Shown: one piece after another, positions 60,569 to 64,000 of the stretch
Position numbering within the stretch: the first letter of the stretch is position 1
How the letters are laid out: each line of letters starts with the position of its first letter
Origin: Candidatus Danuiimicrobium aquiferis
Lineage (GTDB): Bacteria > Omnitrophota > Omnitrophia > Omnitrophales > Danuiimicrobiaceae
NCBI GenBank assembly: GCA_001804285.1
Contig: MHFR01000037.1
Location: forward strand, 19,552 to 83,551
Length of the DNA: 64,000 nt
Direction of reading: 5' to 3'
Program-made: the position numbers and the translations under genes
The notes under the pieces: model-generated
The model's database searches: none
Told to the model about the DNA's origin: nothing
Seen by the model: the letters and a program-made list of their open reading frames with translations, nothing else

Positions 60569-62191
60569 TTAGCTTGTTTTTGCTCTATTTTCAGTCAGGG
60601 CAAAACCTGGCACACCGTTATATTGATTCGTTTTAATTCGCCGCAACACAAAGGCTCCTTTTTGAACTAAAATATCGGTATATTTTGAAAGAAATGTTTG
60701 AAAGATTGCGAGTTCTCTCACTTCTAACCCAAATTTCGGATCAGCAATAAACTGTTCGTCAATCAGCAAATGCGTCATTTTATTTGCCTCAAAAAACTGG
60801 AAAAGCTGCTCCGGTTTTTCAATTTCTTTCAACCTTTTGTCCAGTCTCCATCGCTCAAAAACAAAATCAGCTGTCCAATTGCAGTTAAGGTAATAAACAT
60901 AATTTTTCGTATTCACCAAATAGACTTTGTCATTAGGCCCCACAATTTTATTCGTCTGCCGATACATCTCAAAATAAACACCCAATCGACGGGATAAATA
61001 AGCTTCGCGGCTTTCTTTGCCAAGCCAAAAATTGAGCGGCTCCGCAGCCCAAAGTGCCCGAACCCCCGTCAAGCAATTAAACGCGATCAAACCATATACG
61101 ACAAAACGGATGATTTTGCTTTTCGTCTGTGAAAGCCCGTATCCAAGCAAAACGCACATCACCGGTAGAATGGGGACTAAAAACCTCACTTGCATAGTCG
61201 TAAACGCCCAGTAATAAAAGTATAAAATTGTGAATAAACCCAGCAATTTGATTTCTCTCGACAGTTTTTTCTTATATAGTAAAAAAGGGATCAAAAGGAA
61301 TACGGGGCCAAGGACACCCTCATAATAGCGCTGATCGTCAAACTTTCCCTGAATAAAAATTAAAATCGGAGCAAGAACCGTATGCCAAATTGATTCTTGT
61401 CCTATCGGCGCTCCAAATGTCCCGAGCCAACCCAAATAAAACCGTGCACGTTCCGGATCCCAATTAATCTCGGGTTTCAATGGGAGCCCGCCGAAATCAA
61501 ACGGAAAAAACGGCCAGCCAGTTAGAAAATAATTCCTGATTAAATACGGAGAAACGACGGCAATTGAAACTACCGGCAAAATCACGAGCTCAAATGGAAA
61601 ATTCTTTCGTTTGCCGATCAATCGCTCGATTAAAATAAAAATTGTCGCAAGAATCAGCAACTGAAACCCTGTATACTTCGTCGCCATCGCCCCGCCAACC
61701 ATCAAACTAATTGCAAAAATCCACCTCATTCTCCCGTTCTCAAAATATTTCAGCATCGAAACAACCGCAAGAAATGTAAATAAAGTATAAAATAAATCAA
61801 CATAGGCAAGCGTCATCAGTTCCATAATTGACGGGGCCGTTAGAAAAATAACCGCCGATAGCACGGCCTGCCCAGGAGCCAGATATTTCCGTGAAAACCG
61901 GTAAATTGCCGCCGCGATGGCGAGTCCGCATAAAAAATGAATTGCCTTCGCTCCCAAAACGCCGAACAAAGGATAAATCAGAGAAAACAAAGATTCTCCA
62001 AGCTGGGGAAAATAAAAATATATATTATCCGCGGAAAACGGAAACCCTTTATGCTGAAAAATCGAACTCGCAAGCGGAAGGTGATAAATCAGTTCGTCAG
62101 TAGAAATGGGCGGAAGAAATATGAAGCCGAACAGAAGCAATAAAAAACCGGCACCGGCCAACCACAACAGGATGTCTGATTTTTTTGTCAT
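60569..62191 (-). CDS. Polytopic membrane protein, GT-C (ArnT/PMT-like) glycosyltransferase
   Basis: More than 10 TM; D.L.YHL, YVD, K.TG, RN...TG.PFFP, QVRF motifs. Confidence 0.7.
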   Translation of the reverse strand: MTKKSDILLWLAGAGFLLLLFGFIFLPPISTDELIYHLPLASSIFQHKGFPFSADNIYFYFPQLGESLFSLIYPLFGVLGAKAIHFLCGLAIAAAIYRFSRKYLAPGQAVLSAVIFLTAPSIMELMTLAYVDLFYTLFTFLAVVSMLKYFENGRMRWIFAISLMVGGAMATKYTGFQLLILATIFILIERLIGKRKNFPFELVILPVVSIAVVSPYLIRNYFLTGWPFFPFDFGGLPLKPEINWDPERARFYLGWLGTFGAPIGQESIWHTVLAPILIFIQGKFDDQRYYEGVLGPVFLLIPFLLYKKKLSREIKLLGLFTILYFYYWAFTTMQVRFLVPILPVMCVLLGYGLSQTKSKIIRFVVYGLIAFNCLTGVRALWAAEPLNFWLGKESREAYLSRRLGVYFEMYRQTNKIVGPNDKVYLVNTKNYVYYLNCNWTADFVFERWRLDKRLKEIEKPEQLFQFFEANKMTHLLIDEQFIADPKFGLEVRELAIFQTFLSKYTDILVQKGAFVLRRIKTNQYNGVPGFALTENRAKTS

Positions 62192-62253
62192 AGAATCATC
62201 AACGATTATCTACCTCAAAACCTTTTTTTATGAAAATATCATATTAGCGGAAT

Positions 62254-63483
62254 TCAAGCGCTTAAAAATCGCGATGCGGAAATTTTGTAATCGTTCTGCT
62301 TCCCGACATGCAGGACGCCTTCTTCCTTGACGATCTGGACAAGCGGGATTCCGCCCAACACCGAAGCGAAGTGATACAGATGTGGCGCCAATGGTTCATC
62401 CTTCAGTTTGGCCTCGATAAGCAACCATGGCTCGCGATTTTTCAGAATCAAAAAATCACATTCCTGACCTTTCCGGTTCTTGATATATTGTAGCTCGAAC
62501 GTTCCAATTCCGGAATCTGACCACAGCATCGTCCAACCAAATAACTCTACAGCAACATAATTTTCAAATTGTTTGCCCAAATCCGGCATGCGTGTCCAGT
62601 CAAAAAAATAAACCTTCCGTTCCTTCTTCAGGGAACGATTAATTTTCTTGGTATAAACGCAAAGCTCAAACAAAACGTAACACAGCCTAAGCGCATCGAG
62701 ATAATTCCGGATCGCTTCATGACTCACTTCCAAATCGCCTCGCAGAGAATTAACGGAAAGCGGACTGCCAATCCTGGCCGGAAGCAATGTCACAAGTGTC
62801 GCAACATTCTCAAGATGAGCTATTCTCGTCAAATCTCTCAAATCCTCTCTCACAAGACGGTCCAGCCCGTCCCGCTGCCAAAGGCGCAAAAACGAGGCAT
62901 CTGCGTGAAAAAACGGTTCCGGAAACCCGCTATACGCCAACAAGGCTTCCATCGTCGATTGATCTGAATGACGGGTGTGCGCAATTCGCCGTTGAATAAA
63001 ATCGCTTGCCGACACACAATGCTCCAGTTCGACCTCAGACTTGCGGGTCAGTTCAAACAAGTTAAGCGGAAGAAGGTGAAAGAGAAAATATCGCCCCGCG
63101 AGGCTGTCTCCCGATTTTCGGAACAAATCAAGCCGCGCACTTCCCGTAATAAGAAATCGGACACTATCTTCATAAGCGTCAAAGTAGGATTTTAGAATAT
63201 TTTTCCATTTTGGCATCTTATGAATTTCATCAAAACACGCCCATTGAATGTGCTTCTGGCTTGGGGAAATTGCACGGGATTCCCGAATTAAATCAACACC
63301 TTTAGCATGTTTAATTTTAATATCCCGCTGATCCCAATTCCAATAAGCAACGGAACAGGATTCGGCGTCTAAGTGCGCCTTAGCGAGCGTGGTTTTTCCG
63401 CTCTGTCGCGGGCCGGCAATAAACCTCATTTGCCGCCCCCACTTGGGCGAACAAGCTATCGAGGAAAGCAATCTTGTAACCAT
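62254..63483 (-). CDS. AAA family ATPase with DUF4143-type C-terminal domain
   Basis: GPRQSGKTT, FDEIHK, TGSARL, SLAGR, GFPEP, K.YFFD, FEN.V, ECDF...IEAK. Confidence 0.9.
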   Translation of the reverse strand: MVTRLLSSIACSPKWGRQMRFIAGPRQSGKTTLAKAHLDAESCSVAYWNWDQRDIKIKHAKGVDLIRESRAISPSQKHIQWACFDEIHKMPKWKNILKSYFDAYEDSVRFLITGSARLDLFRKSGDSLAGRYFLFHLLPLNLFELTRKSEVELEHCVSASDFIQRRIAHTRHSDQSTMEALLAYSGFPEPFFHADASFLRLWQRDGLDRLVREDLRDLTRIAHLENVATLVTLLPARIGSPLSVNSLRGDLEVSHEAIRNYLDALRLCYVLFELCVYTKKINRSLKKERKVYFFDWTRMPDLGKQFENYVAVELFGWTMLWSDSGIGTFELQYIKNRKGQECDFLILKNREPWLLIEAKLKDEPLAPHLYHFASVLGGIPLVQIVKEEGVLHVGKQNDYKISASRFLSA

Positions 63484-63686
63484 ATGACAAGTTTACCCCA
63501 TACCCAAAAAATGTCAAGCCAGATTTCGACACCACCTGAAAATTGTCATTCTGATAAGGAGGAATTCCACTGGAGACATCTTTTCATTGCAACCAAAAAC
63601 CATGGCTTTCGATCGACTGTCACCAGAAAATCCCCCCCCCATGGTCTCCGTTTTTTTGCGCACAGTTCCGTCACTTGTTAGTTATT

Positions 63687-64000
63687 TTAGCTCAAATCAT
63701 AAATTTTATAAGTCCTATTTTCATAAACAATCGGCAGATCAAAAGCCCTCTTTTCAACCAAATATTCTGCGTGAACCAATTGACCCAATCGTTGAAAATC
63801 AGCCGCGGTTTTAAATTTTTCATTGTATGCTTTCGTTGTTTCCTGAAACCAGCGCCCAACCGTAGCTGTTTGATAGGCTTTATTCACCCCAAGGAGATTG
63901 ATTAAAAATTGATCTATCTTGAATGCTTCTATGTTCGGATAATACATATACTCCAGTTGCGGATAAGGATTAAACACCGGCCGCTCACTGAAGCTTCTCC
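63687..64000 (-). CDS. C-terminal part of a probable membrane/glycan-modification protein (truncated by window end)
   Basis: Frame open to window edge (RSFSERPVFNP...VYENRTYKIYDLS*); tail resembles C-termini of GT-C-like proteins. Confidence 0.55.
   Translation of the reverse strand, partial: RSFSERPVFNPYPQLEYMYYPNIEAFKIDQFLINLLGVNKAYQTATVGRWFQETTKAYNEKFKTAADFQRLGQLVHAEYLVEKRAFDLPIVYENRTYKIYDLS

Noticed and set aside
63543-63568. GTCATTCTGA...GGAATTCC as another REP
   Set aside because: Too degenerate, with no convincing stem

Overview
Gene-dense bacterial chromosome segment of about 42% GC by eye. Gene order and protein style suggest a PVC-superphylum organism such as Ca. Omnitrophota (inference only). 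Positions 1-47.8 kb are one + strand housekeeping block: def-fmt, gap-pgk-tpiA-secG-galT, recG-rsmD-coaD-rpmF-plsX-fab, smc, recA-recX-alaS-his-trp, an NtrBC-like pair, dnaK and a MoxR/Bat operon. Positions 47.8-64 kb are all - strand: second def, cca, acyP, MFS, rng, pilMNOPQ, GT-C-like membrane proteins and an AAA/DUF4143 ATPase. The most unusual signals are non-coding. (1) A ~195-nt six-hairpin element occurs in five copies (three full, two partial). It shows extensive compensatory covariation and TA-ended termini, and always lies in the sense orientation at or near gene ends. (2) GTCATTCCCGC-type REP palindromes carry in their loops a near-fixed-length, covarying 44-nt double-hairpin cassette. 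(3) A 28-bp XerCD dif-like site sits exactly at the gene-orientation switch, yet silent-site GC skew does not appear to flip there. Also noted: a sigma54/IHF-like promoter before an orphan dnaK, a euglenozoan/spirochaete-type GAPDH, an SMC hinge lacking the glycine motif, and a probable cysC remnant. No tRNA, rRNA, CRISPR array or transposase was seen.
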